A stretch of DNA of 64,000 nucleotides from the human T2T-CHM13v2.0 reference genome, Homo sapiens. The notes under the pieces are model-generated. The model had not been told where the DNA came from. It was given only the letters and a program-made list of their open reading frames with translations, and searched no databases. The DNA lies in assembly GCF_009914755.1 (NCBI RefSeq), contig NC_060932.1, one strand, 5' to 3'. A program made the translations under genes and the position numbers. Shown one piece after another: positions 1 through 13,156 of this stretch. The stretch's first letter is position 1. Each line of letters starts with the position of its first letter.

Positions 1-404
1 CAACAAAGTTTTTAATAAAATATAAAATGTCTACTGGGATTCATAGTCAGTTTGTGTGACTCAGTATGATGAAAATCTACTCACCTGTGGCTAATTCCCA
101 CTGTTAACAGCATGGAATAGACCAAGAACACATATTCAGGACAAAAGGAATATTCTCTTGCACTTTAAATTGAATACTTTAAACACAAACTTTATTATTT
201 CTCATAAGGAAATTTATCCTCTTCATGTTCTTCCTAAATTAGTAAAATTACAATCCAATCTCTAAAGCTAAAAACAATAAAAACAACAAAAACAAAACCA
301 CAAAAAACTTGGGCCCTCAGTTTGCTCTCTTTATTCCCCACCATCAGTTTATCCTCTTATCTTTCCCACAAAATATTAATGTAAAAATAGAGCAATTACA
401 AAAA

Positions 405-585
405 AAGTGGCTAATGTATTGAAGACTTTTGATGTGCCATATATTGACCTAAGCATTTCTATGCATATCATTTTATTGTCATCATTAAAACAATCTCTGG
501 GGTAGAAATTTACACTGTCTTTACTCTGCCCTTGAAGAAACTAAATTGTAAAAAGTTTATGTAACTTGCCCAAGGACACACATGT
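405..585 (-). mobile_element. MIR SINE fragment
   Basis: Degenerate antisense MIR core (gaagaaactaaa...gtaacttgcccaaggacacaca); boundaries approximate. Confidence 0.65.
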
Positions 586-589
586 TTTC

Positions 590-915
590 AAAGTCAAATT
601 GTCTGAATTTAAATTCAGGCTGATTCACCATATGCTAGCTGTTTGATCCTGGAAGAATTACTTAATCAATTTAAGACCTAGAGTGACAAACTATCTCAGT
701 TTATACAGGACTGAGGGGTTTCCCCAAACAGGATTTTTAATGCTAAAATTGAGATGGTCCTGGGACAAATGATTACCCTTCCCTCTTTGAAAAGTGAGCA
801 CAGTAAAAGTGCCCACCTTTAAGGATTCTTATGAATATTAAATGATACTATATAGCATCTAGCATGGTGACTGACTCAGTATTTAATAACTGAATTCTTT
901 CTGACATTATTGCTA
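590..915 (+). mobile_element. MIR SINE interrupted by MER81
   Basis: gctagctgtttgatcctggaagaattacttaa before 679, and MIR core resuming after 780 (aaagtgagcacagtaaaagtgcccacc...attaaatgata). Confidence 0.6.
679..780. mobile_element. MER81-like hAT-Blackjack MITE
   Basis: Starts tagagtgacaaac, ends gattaccct (degenerate TAGGGTGACC terminal inverted repeats); internal ggactgaggggtttccc and tgctaaaa match recalled consensus. Confidence 0.7.
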
Positions 916-939
916 TTATTTTCTGTTTCATTTTCTTTA

Positions 940-1700
940 TCCTAGACTCCATTGTTATACTGCATTGTGTGTATTATTGCCCAGGTTATTTTATAAAACC
1001 CAGACTGATAGTGTCACACTTGCTAAAAATGTGATGACTCCACATTGTCAATTTAACAAAGTATTTACTATGGAATATAAGATTCTCTCCATTCTTTCCA
1101 CTTATAGTGAACTTTTTTGAGACAATACATGAGGTGGACACAGGGCAAGTTCCCTGGGCTTATTTATTTCTATCCTCTGAATCTTACATCTGCTTTTTCT
1201 TTCAAATCTGTTACTGTCCCCAGCCTGTACACCCAACATATCAATGCCAAAACAATCTCCATGCAGTATTTCACTGACCCAGGAGATTTCCTTTCTGTAG
1301 AATTTTCTCTCCTAACTTCTTAAATTGAAGAAATATTTTTATACTTTAGGACCCAGGTATACATTTCCTCTGTGGAACATTTTCTAAAATTTGAGAATAA
1401 ATTTACTGGACTTCCTGATTATCTTCATTACAGAGTACATCACATTTTTAATTAATTAATTAATTAGTTTATTCTATTTCTTCCATCACTAGGTTGTGAA
1501 CTCCTTCAGAAGTTTTCATGATATTTTGTAATTACAGAAAATATCACTCCTCTAAAGATCAGTAAAATCAATAGATTAACAAGGGAACGCTTTGTCTTAT
1601 TATCTTTTATATTTACAGCTGTTCAGCCAAGGGTCTAACACTTAAAAAGGAACTGACAATTCTTCAAGAATAAGTGACTAAATGAAGGAATGAATGATGT
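940..1700 (+). mobile_element. L2 LINE 3' fragments
   Basis: Degenerate L2 3' region ending in aatgaaggaatgaatga. Confidence 0.5.
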
Positions 1701-3319
1701 GTTTAAATAGGCACTGTATTTTGGCATTGTTCTCTGATGAGTTTACACATTTATTCTAATCATACTTTTATTTCTCAAAATGTATCATGGAAAGTATCTG
1801 GAACCTATTTCAGACCCTACATCTTGAAAACCTTAGAAGAAATCAGCTTATGCCTGCAAAATAACATTTCTAACTGTTATCTCAATATGAAAACCTCATA
1901 TTTGGAGAGGCAGAAGAAAGATGCTTCATGTTGTCAACAGCACTGGGAAAGCACCTTGATTTATCAGAAGTCGACAAGGCACTGGAGAAATAGAAACTGC
2001 AAATGGGTGCAAAGAATACTGGCAAAGAAATGCTGGCAAACTCTCGCATATCCCATTAGAATTATATGAAGTGAATTTAGTATGTACATGGTTACATAGA
2101 TTCACCAAAAATATCTTCAAATATTAAGATTAAGAAACTAGGTAGGAAAGATCCATGTTCAAGTGAAACAAAAGTTGACCTAGATGGAGGAACTAAGAAT
2201 AGGCACTACTTACACACATTTCAAGTAGTCAGATACTCTAAGTGTTTCTCAAATTGGTTTAGTATAATAAAACATTGTAGTAATTAGAAAAGCAAATCAA
2301 ATATGTGTAGATGCTCCTGTTGGTTTCCCATGGTGGTAACATGGGATAATTAGTTTGTATATGAGATTTTGAATACATTTCTAACAAAGTTCCGTGGGTT
2401 TAGAAGTAATTATTTGTATTAGAACAGCAATGTCATAACTGTGACAATGCATAGCATTAAGAAATTACGGAAAGTTATACCTAGTTTTGGGGATGTTTTA
2501 ATTAGTAAATAGATCTCTTGATTAAATCTGAAGTTTTATTTAATAAAAACATAAAATACTGCGTAATGGTCCTGGAATTATAAAATAAGGACCTACTATG
2601 AATGTCAGATGTGAGAATGAATAGAGAATTAAATATGTGTGAGAAGATGCAATTGACAGAACTGGATGTGGAGTTTAAGCAAGAGAAATAATTTAAAAGG
2701 AGGATCTAGAAAGAAAAAGAACATGGCAATGATTGCTAGAAGAAGGGGATGAAGAACTAGAGGGGCTAGAAGGGAAAAAGAAGAGGAAGTAAAAAGGAAG
2801 AGAAAGATAATGAAACAAAGCAAAAGCATTCTGATTAGCAGCAATATAGATGCAGCTGCTAACATGTAGTGTGCTTACTAAGTGTGGAAAGCTAGTCTAC
2901 ATGCATTACTGTAATTTTCTCATGTTATCCCCACATCTCACCTAAATACTCTTAATTTGACCCTTATAGTAGAAAATAGACTCAGAGGAATCACATGCTT
3001 AATGATTGACAAAACCAGTACTCAAAGTCTTTCTTGAAACCACTGTAAAAACAACAAATTATCATTAGTTTTGAGAGTAAATTACAAAGAATTTTTGTTT
3101 AAGGTGCTGTTGGTCCACATTATAGAATAAAGTATTGGATCCTGATCCACAGACAATACATAATTGTATAAATTATAATTATTAAATAGGTAAATGTTTC
3201 TTACACCAAATCAATAAAGTGTGCTGATGCATTTCCCCTCTGTTGCTTAGGAGTTGACAGGAGAGTGGGCACAGGACAAGAAGAAGGAATAGACAGATGT
3301 ATGTGCCCTAAATAATTAT

Positions 3320-3560
3320 GGGGAAGTGGCTACGATTCAGACACAATTTAGCCTGATGCCTGTGCAGTGGCTATGGGAGTTCTCTCTGATACCACATATA
3401 TTAATTTATTTAATCTTATCAACCACTGTATCAGATATTCATTACTATTATCTTCACTTTATAGATGGGGAAATGAGCAAAGAAAGCCTAAATAACTTAA
3501 CCAAGGTCAAAGCTAGGAGAGAAGATTTGGCTCTGAATTCCTCATCATTAATCTGAATAA
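3320..3560 (-). mobile_element. MIR SINE fragment
   Basis: cactttatagatggggaaatgag...aataacttaaccaaggtca MIR core. Confidence 0.65.
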
Positions 3561-3880
3561 TACACTGATTCTAGAATAATATGGATATTAGATTCTCAAC
3601 TATTAGAGAATGAGTACAAAACACATTAATTCAATCTTATCACTGTAATGATTTATTTTTTCAACAAATATTTAGGAAATGATTCAAGAGTGATGAATCT
3701 AATATTTTATGTTATAATTTATGAAGAACTTTCACATATATTATCTTCAATGGTCATCACTAAGAACCAACAGTCAAAAGCAAGGAGACAGCAACTGAGG
3801 AAGAAAATTGCTTATAGTTTCATGAATTGATGAGGACTTTATACTCCTTCCAATGCACACTAAATATACTCTTCTCTCTG

Positions 3881-3968
3881 CATGTGTCTATATATATATA
3901 TGTGTGTGTGTGTGTGTATATACATATGTATATATATATATACACATGTGTTTTTTTACATATATATA
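3881..3968. repeat. Compound (TA)n/(TG)n microsatellite
   Basis: Seen directly. Confidence 0.95.
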
Positions 3969-5097
3969 AAACCATGTATGTTTGTATATTTTCTGATTTA
4001 TGGCACAATTTACTCTTTTGTTGTTATAACATATAATGCTCACATAAGCATGCTTCAAAACTACTCCTCTTTCCTTTCCATCTAGAGTGAGAAAAAGCCT
4101 CATGTCCTATACTTTATTACTGTACACCATAAAATATAAAGAGAATGTTATATTTGGTAGATACTGTGGATAATTTGAAATTTTTGGCAACCAACATTTT
4201 GAAAGCTAATTAGATAAGGTCTTTTGATCTCCTGTTTACTGCAAAACACTCAAGAAGCCATTGAGGCTCAAAAACTGCACAGAAAATGAATTCTGAAGAT
4301 ATAAAAGTAACTTATTAGAAGGAAACAAATAAACATTTTTTAAAAACTTAACCCACTCTTTAGACTGAAAGAAGCACTTAACCTGAAAACAAAATGGAGC
4401 TGGAGAAGTCATGACGAACATATTTCATGATAAGGTACCTGCCATTTCCACTTCAATACAGTGGAAATAAATTGAAGTGCAGTCTTCTCAAAGTTACAAT
4501 GGACAAACGGTGCTACTAACAAATCACCAATTCTCGTTAAGTTACTGGAGAAGGAAAATGAGAAAGGTGCACACTAGTTTCACCGGTGGTACAATTTTGT
4601 GTAGTTCCAAGGTTAACAAACACAACTTGGAAGCATGCATACATTATAACAGATAACAAAAATAGTTTTATTTGTGTTAACTCTTCTACACATGGACATT
4701 GGAAGGAACTCATGGTTGGAGACTCTTCATGGTCAGGAAATCTATCATTTTGCTCCTTAACTTTATTTTTTATAAAAATCCTGTAATATAAAATTTAACT
4801 TTTGGGAAGCCTTTTTCTCTGTATCTATGTGAAAAAAAGAGAAGAATTTATAGGATCCCACATTTGTAGGATAAAATAAAATAATATATCTTTAAGTATG
4901 TTATAAAACACCTATATGCTTAATTTTATAAAGTGAGGTTTAGTATAATGATGGATACTTGCAGCTTAAAGTAGACTGAGAACGTATAGAGTCTGCATTC
5001 TGAAGTTTATTTTGCCCCCAAATAGCTTGTTGGCAAGTACAAGTATAATCTAGCATTTTTATAACTGGGTACTAAAAAAACTCTAATAATTTGTTGA

Positions 5098-5100
<3 letters not shown>

Positions 5101-5139
<39 letters not shown>
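5101..5139. repeat. (AC)19 microsatellite
   Basis: Seen directly, uninterrupted. Confidence 0.98.
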
Positions 5140-5140
<1 letters not shown>

Positions 5141-5365
5141 GGGGTTTAATGGTAAACATACTTGGGAAATTCTGAGTTAAAGTTAAACAGGATTACTGTT
5201 TCCAGTAATGTTTGGAATCTCTAATATATGTACATGCACTGTGAATTTCCAAAGAGAAGGGAAATATTATATCGAATGTTTCTAAAATATATTTTTCATA
5301 GAAATTCTTTTTTACTGAATACATATTAACTTTCTATACCTTAGAACAAAATTTAGAAAATACCA
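5140..5365. mobile_element. hAT-Charlie-type DNA transposon fragment (Charlie4-like)
   Basis: ttgggaaattctgagttaaagttaaacagg...gcactgtgaatttccaa resembles recalled Charlie4 consensus. Confidence 0.4.
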
Positions 5366-5624
5366 AGTTTGTCATTTAACCCATCCAGGTTGATTTTATA
5401 CATTTTAAATGAAAATATGGCCTGAAGGGGAAATTTCCTAAAAATGCTGGATCACATACCAAAGTATCTTCCACTTTAAAAAATTCTAGTGCTATATTTC
5501 TAAATTTTCATGAAAATTTTTACCTCTTCACAATGTGTTTTCCATTTTAGTGCATCAAAGGAAAATTATAAGACAATTCTACAAAATAGTTTATAAAACT
5601 TTGATCTTTGATGCTTTTGGACTA

Positions 5625-5960
5625 TTCAAGTTAAGGAGCATTTATTTGCCTACCAAGTGAAAAGAATTTTGCTAGATGACATCAACATGTACATGAAAGA
5701 CATAGACTCTGCATTCAAGAAATTGAATGTATTGAAAGAAAATTTAAAAAAAAAATTTAACTATGTTAAGCACTATAATCAAGGTGTTAATAAGGTACTA
5801 GGAAGGATTTTGGGGAGGTTTAGCCTAAGATGTGATTTTGAGTTTTGTCCTAGAGGACGACTGAGAATTTGAAGGTGAGAAGAGGAAGTGTTACAACAAA
5901 TAGAGAAAAATCAAGACCCAAGACATAGGGGCATGAAATATCATGGTATTCTTTTAAAAA
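5625..5960 (-). mobile_element. L2 LINE fragment
   Basis: gcatttatttgcctacca and downstream purine-rich antisense L2 pattern. Confidence 0.5.
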
Positions 5961-6272
5961 TGCCATAAATTACAAGGTAGTCATATACATTTCCTTTGAA
6001 TATATCCAACGTGATACTGTTTTAGTGACTATTTTTTTTTCCAGAAATCATTATGGCTTATGCAAATAAATTAAATTTGAAATCTAGTACAAACATAAGG
6101 AACAGTTAGCATTTTAAGAGACTAACCATTTAGTTTATGAATCTTTTTCTTTCCACATTTATAATTAATAACTTTAATGAAACAGTAATGCTTCCATAAT
6201 GAGATAGTGATGCTTAGGCTATCAATGCTAGTTTGACTGCCTAATCTCAAAATTTAAAAATTGGAAATCTAA

Positions 6273-6689
<417 letters not shown>

Positions 6690-7734
6690 CTAATTACAGA
6701 GCCTTCTGCCATCGTTGCTGCTCCCTGATCTTGTACCTTTGCTAAATAAACGTTTACTTTCTGTTGTTTTATTTGAAATTACCTTAAATTAGTAATTATT
6801 TCTTTTAACCATGTTCTAATACTATGAAGATCCTTTTCTTTTCTAAGAAAATTCAGTGGTAACTGATTCCTGAGAAAGAAGCCAGCTTTGATATCATCCA
6901 TTCCTTCTCTCCTGCCAACAGTAACAATTGATTTTCTTCCTCCCAAATTGAAATCAGTGAGGAGAGGAGCTCCAAATGACAATCGATGTCCATTTCACTA
7001 ACCATGTCATAGTTAATTAAATTAACTATGCTATATTTACTTCCTCTAAAAAAACTCTCTAAGGAATGACTTGAGAAAGGATTTAATTATGCTTTAAATG
7101 CACCTCATAGTGCTCAGATTTTGTAGCAAAATATGATTCCCATTGGGGATCATTTATTAAGTAATGACATAATATTATGAAGTTCTTAGGTGAACCAGAA
7201 GACTTGTATTCTACATGAGAACTGTGGATAATACATGTAACTGAGTGGTAAACTGTGTACAATGAAAACATACTTAACCACTTCAGTTAGTATTTCTAAG
7301 TGTCCCAAAGCAATCTCAAAGTTTTAATAAGGCATTTACTGGAGTACAACTAATAAGGGTAAGTGTTTCTCCATGTTCCAAGGTACCAGTCCTATTAAAT
7401 GTAGATTTGAGTTTTGACTTCCACTCTAGTATAGAGGATGTTAACTTACATTCCATTTATTCAGCAACTTTTTGTCATCTGAAGTATATAAAAATTGACT
7501 AGTGAATAAATTTGGGGGTAATTTGTCTTTTTTTTACATAGACTGAAAAATCCTCAAGTGCTAAGATATTGTATGTCTTTATATCTCAGTACTTTTGAGT
7601 AAATGTTTTAAACAGTTGATTAATTCGTACCAAAGTAGAATATCCAAAGAAATAGTCTCTCTTTAAGGGAGCAACACAGAAGATTCCTGTAACTGTGGTA
7701 TAAATTGTCTAACACATAAAACATAAGTTCCATA

Positions 7735-7988
7735 ATTCCTGTATAATCACAGTTTATTCATTTATAACACATCACTACCAGATATATTATTTATTTATTA
7801 CTTATTTATTTTCTGCCTATCTCTGCAACCTAAAATACAAGCTATATAACAGGGATTTTGTCTTCTTCACTATTTTATTCCCAGCATATAGAACAGTACC
7901 TGACACATAAAAGGTACTGTTGAAGTTGAAAGAATATTTGTTGAAATATTTTGAAAGAATATTTATTTTAAGTATAAACGAATGAATG
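7735..7988 (+). mobile_element. L2 LINE 3' end
   Basis: ttcccagcatatagaacagtacctgacacata...aatatttgttgaa...gaatgaatg. Confidence 0.7.
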
Positions 7989-8440
7989 TTGGAAAGAAGA
8001 TAGTGCCTATTTTAAGTTTCTATAGGAACTGGAAAATTTTCCCTCCAAAATGTTAAATTAATTTATACCCTTGTCAATTTGGTATGATAACACACTATGC
8101 CTTACAAACTAGCCTAATGGTAGATTTTACCAATTTCGTTAAATTTTGTTAATCTGAATGGTAAAAGGTATCTCCATCTTTAAATTTGTTTTTTTCCAGA
8201 CTGTTAATAAAATGGAGCAACTTTTCATGTGTTATGTAAACATTTACGTTTCTTCTTTATGGTCTCTTTAAATTCATTATCTATTTTCCTATTGAGCTGT
8301 TGGTATTTGTCTAATGTTTTTGTCTTAATCTTATTAATTTATAGGAATTCCTTCTAGCCCACTTGTGCGTTACAGTGTTACAAAGGTTTTCCTTCAATAT
8401 GGCTTTTAAAATTTAATATATGTTATATTTTGAATCTCTA

Positions 8441-9025
<585 letters not shown>

Positions 9026-10012
9026 TTAATCCAGGAGTTGATATATTGGAAACTCTCCCCATCCCCAAGATTGTAAAATGTTTTTCTGTATTTTCTTGTA
9101 GTAATTTTATACTTTTATTCTTCACATTTGGCTTATTAATCCATCTGAAATTTATTTTGCTTAAGGTATGAAATAATTATATTAATTTTCTTTTCCCAAG
9201 TGGATATCCAATTGTCCCAAAGCTATTTAATGATGTACCAGTCTTTCTCCACTGACAGGAAATGACACCTCACAGGTGTATATCTGGATTCTCTATTCTG
9301 TTTCACTGTCCTATGTATCATTATTGCATCAGTGACACAGTTTAATTACTGTAACACTATAGTGTAATATCTGGAAAAGCAAATCCCTAGTTTATTTTTA
9401 CTTTTCAGAATATTCCTGCCAACACATGAAAGTTGATCCTCCAAAAGAATTGTCGACATCCCAAAAAATCCCATTGCTATTTTTATTGATATGCCATTAC
9501 ATTTATAGATGAGTTGGGAAGAAATGGCACTTTTCCACTAATGTTATTTTCATCTAGGACATCATGTACTGCTTCACTCATTCTGCATTACTTTACTGTT
9601 CTTCTAAAATTGTGCTTATTATTAGCATTGTTCAATACAGTAATTTTCAGTATGCAAACCACTAACTTTGTGTCCCTACAGCACTTCAGATATGTGGGAA
9701 TATAGAACTCACTATTTTCCAGCCATGATTGCTTCAGCTGGGTCAAATTTAGATAAAAATATTTTCTGATCCTAAAAGAATTGCATAAATTTAAGCTTGG
9801 AAGCCATGAAGAGTAAGTGGAAAAATGGTGATGAAACTGAGTGATGCTGGGGGATGAGAGGAAGTTGAGGGACAAGGCCTGTGTTTGAACCTTAAAGATG
9901 ATCTCAAAAATTGTCTTGTGCATATTCCTCTTTGTTGCAGGAAAAAAAGGAGGAAGTTTTGCATCATTAGTAATTAGGGAAGGTAAAATCAAAACCATAC
10001 CCACAAGGATAG

Positions 10013-10015
<3 letters not shown>

Positions 10016-10067
<52 letters not shown>

Positions 10068-10122
10068 TATATATGTGTGTGTATATATACAGTAATTTTC
10101 ATATATATATATACCTATATAT
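10016..10122. repeat. (TA)n(CA)n(TG)n compound microsatellite
   Basis: Seen directly. Confidence 0.95.
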
Positions 10123-10788
10123 AAAACAAGTATTGGCAAGAATGTGGAGGGATTATTCCCCATGTTTATTGCTAAGAGGAATGTAAATTGGTAAAGCCAG
10201 TTTGACAATTCCTCAAAAAGTTAATCATAAAGCTACTCTATGACAAACAATTCAACTCCTAACTATAGATCCCAGAGAAATAAAAATATACATTCACAGA
10301 AAACCTCGTATGCAAACTTCTTAACAGCACTGTTATAACAGCCAAAAAGTAGAACCATCCAAATGTTCATTAACTGACAAATGTCTAAATAAATGTTATT
10401 TGCCACAAGAAGATCCCAAAGTACTGATATATGCTGCAACATGGTTGAACCTGGAAAACGGTTTGCTAAATGAAAAAAAAAAAGTTACAAAAGATTATAT
10501 ATTTTATGTGTCTCTACAAAAATTTTCAGAATAGACAACATATAGAGATAAAAAAATAGAATAGCAGCTTCCTGGGGCTGGAAGAGGGTGAGGGGAGGAT
10601 CGTGAGTGAATTCTAATAGATACAGAGTTTCTTTGATGTGTGTGTTGTGGGGGAGAATACAAAATGTTTTAAAATTAGATTGTGGAGATGACTGTACAAC
10701 CCCTCCATATACTCAGATACTGAATTGTGCATTTTAAAGGTTTGCATTGAATGGTATGTGAATTATACTTTAATCTGTTTTTTTAAAA
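10122..10788 (+). mobile_element. L1MB-type LINE 3' end
   Basis: aacaagtattggcaagaatgtggag; gtactgatatatgctgcaacatgg; aaaattagattgtggagatgactgtacaac...atggtatgtgaattata. Confidence 0.8.
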
Positions 10789-12653
10789 TTAAGGATTCAT
10801 ATTTTAGATACAATGAAAAGTGATTTATACTCCTTTCCATATATTGTTGATTATTTGTATTGGCTAGAATTATATTTACCTCTATTCTGTGTATATATAT
10901 ATATATATATGTATACATATATATCACTTTTGGTTAGATTTTAAATAACAACTTATGGGAATGTTATGAAAGGCAATGGTGACAGAGTCTTAGCTTTGTT
11001 TAAAATTTGCAGCAATATCCCTATTTAGATTAGCCAAGTTTGTATGCAATATTAACTTTCCAGATTTAAAAATGTTCATTAGTAAATAAATTGCATAAAA
11101 AGTAAAAGTTTTAGCCAGTTCATTCACAAAAAATGAAATTTCCCATTTCAAATGGTATCCAGCTATAAAGTTGTGATCTGGCTCCTTCATATTACTTGTA
11201 AATCCCAGAAAAACATAAAATTCACAAAAACAATTCTGATATTGATGATCAGCATCTTTAAATGTTCCAGAATTTAACAGCCTCCACCTCCCCCTGCCCC
11301 ATCCCTCGTGGCTAATACTAGGGACGCAGAATAAATCTGCTAAGCTAAAAGGAGGACATTACATTTTTCCCCCATTGTTTTTTGCACTAATCTAAAAAAT
11401 GGAGTGATTATATTTAAAAACTGCTATGATACTTTTAATATATTTTGGACACTACTTTTTAAAGCAGCCTGAGTGCTACAGACGTTCTTCAATGTTTTCA
11501 CCATATATATTTTCAGATTTCAGCTACAGGGGGAAAAAATAATTAACATGGCCAAAAAGAAGAGATGTGAATGGATTGGATAGCAATAGCTATCCAATTA
11601 TTTCATGAGGATATTGTCTCTGTAAGTTAAGCATTGATATGAGTACAAACATGGAAATAAATCAAATAGAAGGAAATGTTGAGTTTTAGAGCTTTACCAC
11701 ATATTTAAGCGTGGTACAAACCCAGGAATTATAGGCTCAAAATGGTTAAATAGAGCTCCCCTAAACAATTACTTTGTATATCCTGAAAATTGGGTAGAGT
11801 TATATCATCTTTTATTTATTGGTTGGAGAGTATTTATAATTATTAAGTTTGATTGGAACAAGTTTAATCCTACATGTTCTGTCAGTTAAAAGGTAACAAA
11901 TGTTAACATATTTCAAGTAATTGAGAGATAAAGAAACTAAATAGTGTAGGCTCTATGTAACACATTGTAAAACAGTAGAAATATAATGTTACCCTAACCA
12001 TTTAGAGAAGAGCAGACAATGAAGATAAAAAGAAAAAATACATACAAACATCCTGACATCTCAATTAAGATAGAAGCCAAGGAACACTGTTAGAAATATT
12101 AACAGAAGGCATGCCTGATTTGGATGGAGCATTGAAATAAACATCTGCTTAGATCTTTTTCAATTCTCAAATATCATAATTCTATGAAAGGTATTTCCTT
12201 TATAATACATGGTTAACAATTTGGGTTGAGCAGATTCCAAGAGATAAATTAAAGAAAGAACAGATAACTCGCTATAAAAATAAGTTTATTCCAAAGTGTC
12301 CAGTATTTATTTTTGATTAAACTTTTAAAATGTGTTGGTTTTATTTAAATTTTATAGTCATTGATGATAAAATTTAGGTAAAGGGCATTTAAATTGTACA
12401 CGCTTTTAGGGAAAAAAGAGATTTCCCATCAATATACATAAGTGGGTAGTTCGCCTACATTTCACATATTGTCACTATGTTAAGTGATCCAAATGCCAAT
12501 GCCAACTTTTTTATAGTTTCTGTATTTAAAAATAAAATTTCAATCTATGTATTTTTAAGATATTTACTTTTATGCTTCCAAAGTTCTAGTAAAATAAAAT
12601 TTTTAGATGTAGTTAAAGTTAACATAGACAGCATTTTAAAATACTTTGTTATA

Positions 12654-12980
12654 CAATCATGGACTGCATAACAATATTTCTATCAATGACCACATATATA
12701 CCTGTAGTCACATGTTATTATAATGTCATATTTTTCTGTACCTTTTCTATGTATAAATATGTTTAGATACACAAATACTTATGTGTTACAATTGCCTGTA
12801 GTGTTCAGTACATGCTGTACAAGTTTTTGGCCTAGAAACAGTAGGCTACACCACACAGTATAGATGTAGAGTATAATATCTAGGTTTGTGTAATTATATT
12901 CCATGATGTTCACACAATGAATAAATCATCAAAAACACATTTCTCTGAATGTGTCCCCATCTTTAAATGGTGCATGACTG
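12654..12980 (+). mobile_element. Tigger3a-like MITE (TcMar-Tigger)
   Basis: Terminal inverted repeats caatcatg.../...catgactg flanked by TA on both sides; internal ctgtaccttttctatgt, gtttagatacacaaatactta, tctaggtttgtgtaa. Confidence 0.85.
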
Positions 12981-13102
12981 TATATGTAAATTCCTGTAAA
13001 GGTTTTTACTAAACACATCACAGACCATTAGGAAAGAATTGTCTTTGCTTCAGGGAGCTAGCTCCTTGTGATTTCATCCCTTTATAACATCTTTTGAGTT
13101 AC

Positions 13103-13156
13103 TATCTTAAATTTTTCTTTTATCTTAAATTTTTTATCTTTTATCTTAAATTTTTT
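13103..13156. repeat. Short tandem triplication of TATCTTAAATTTTT
   Basis: Copies start at 13103, 13121 and 13142. Confidence 0.9.

Noticed and set aside
85-267. Possible minus-strand exon (T-rich acceptor at 268-269, CAG|gtgagt donor at 84)
   Set aside because: Good splice signals occur by chance in 64 kb; no coding or partner-exon support
13103-13156. CRISPR-like or other spacer-containing array
   Set aside because: Only simple AT-rich slippage repeats in eukaryotic DNA; no unique spacers or cas genes anywhere in the window
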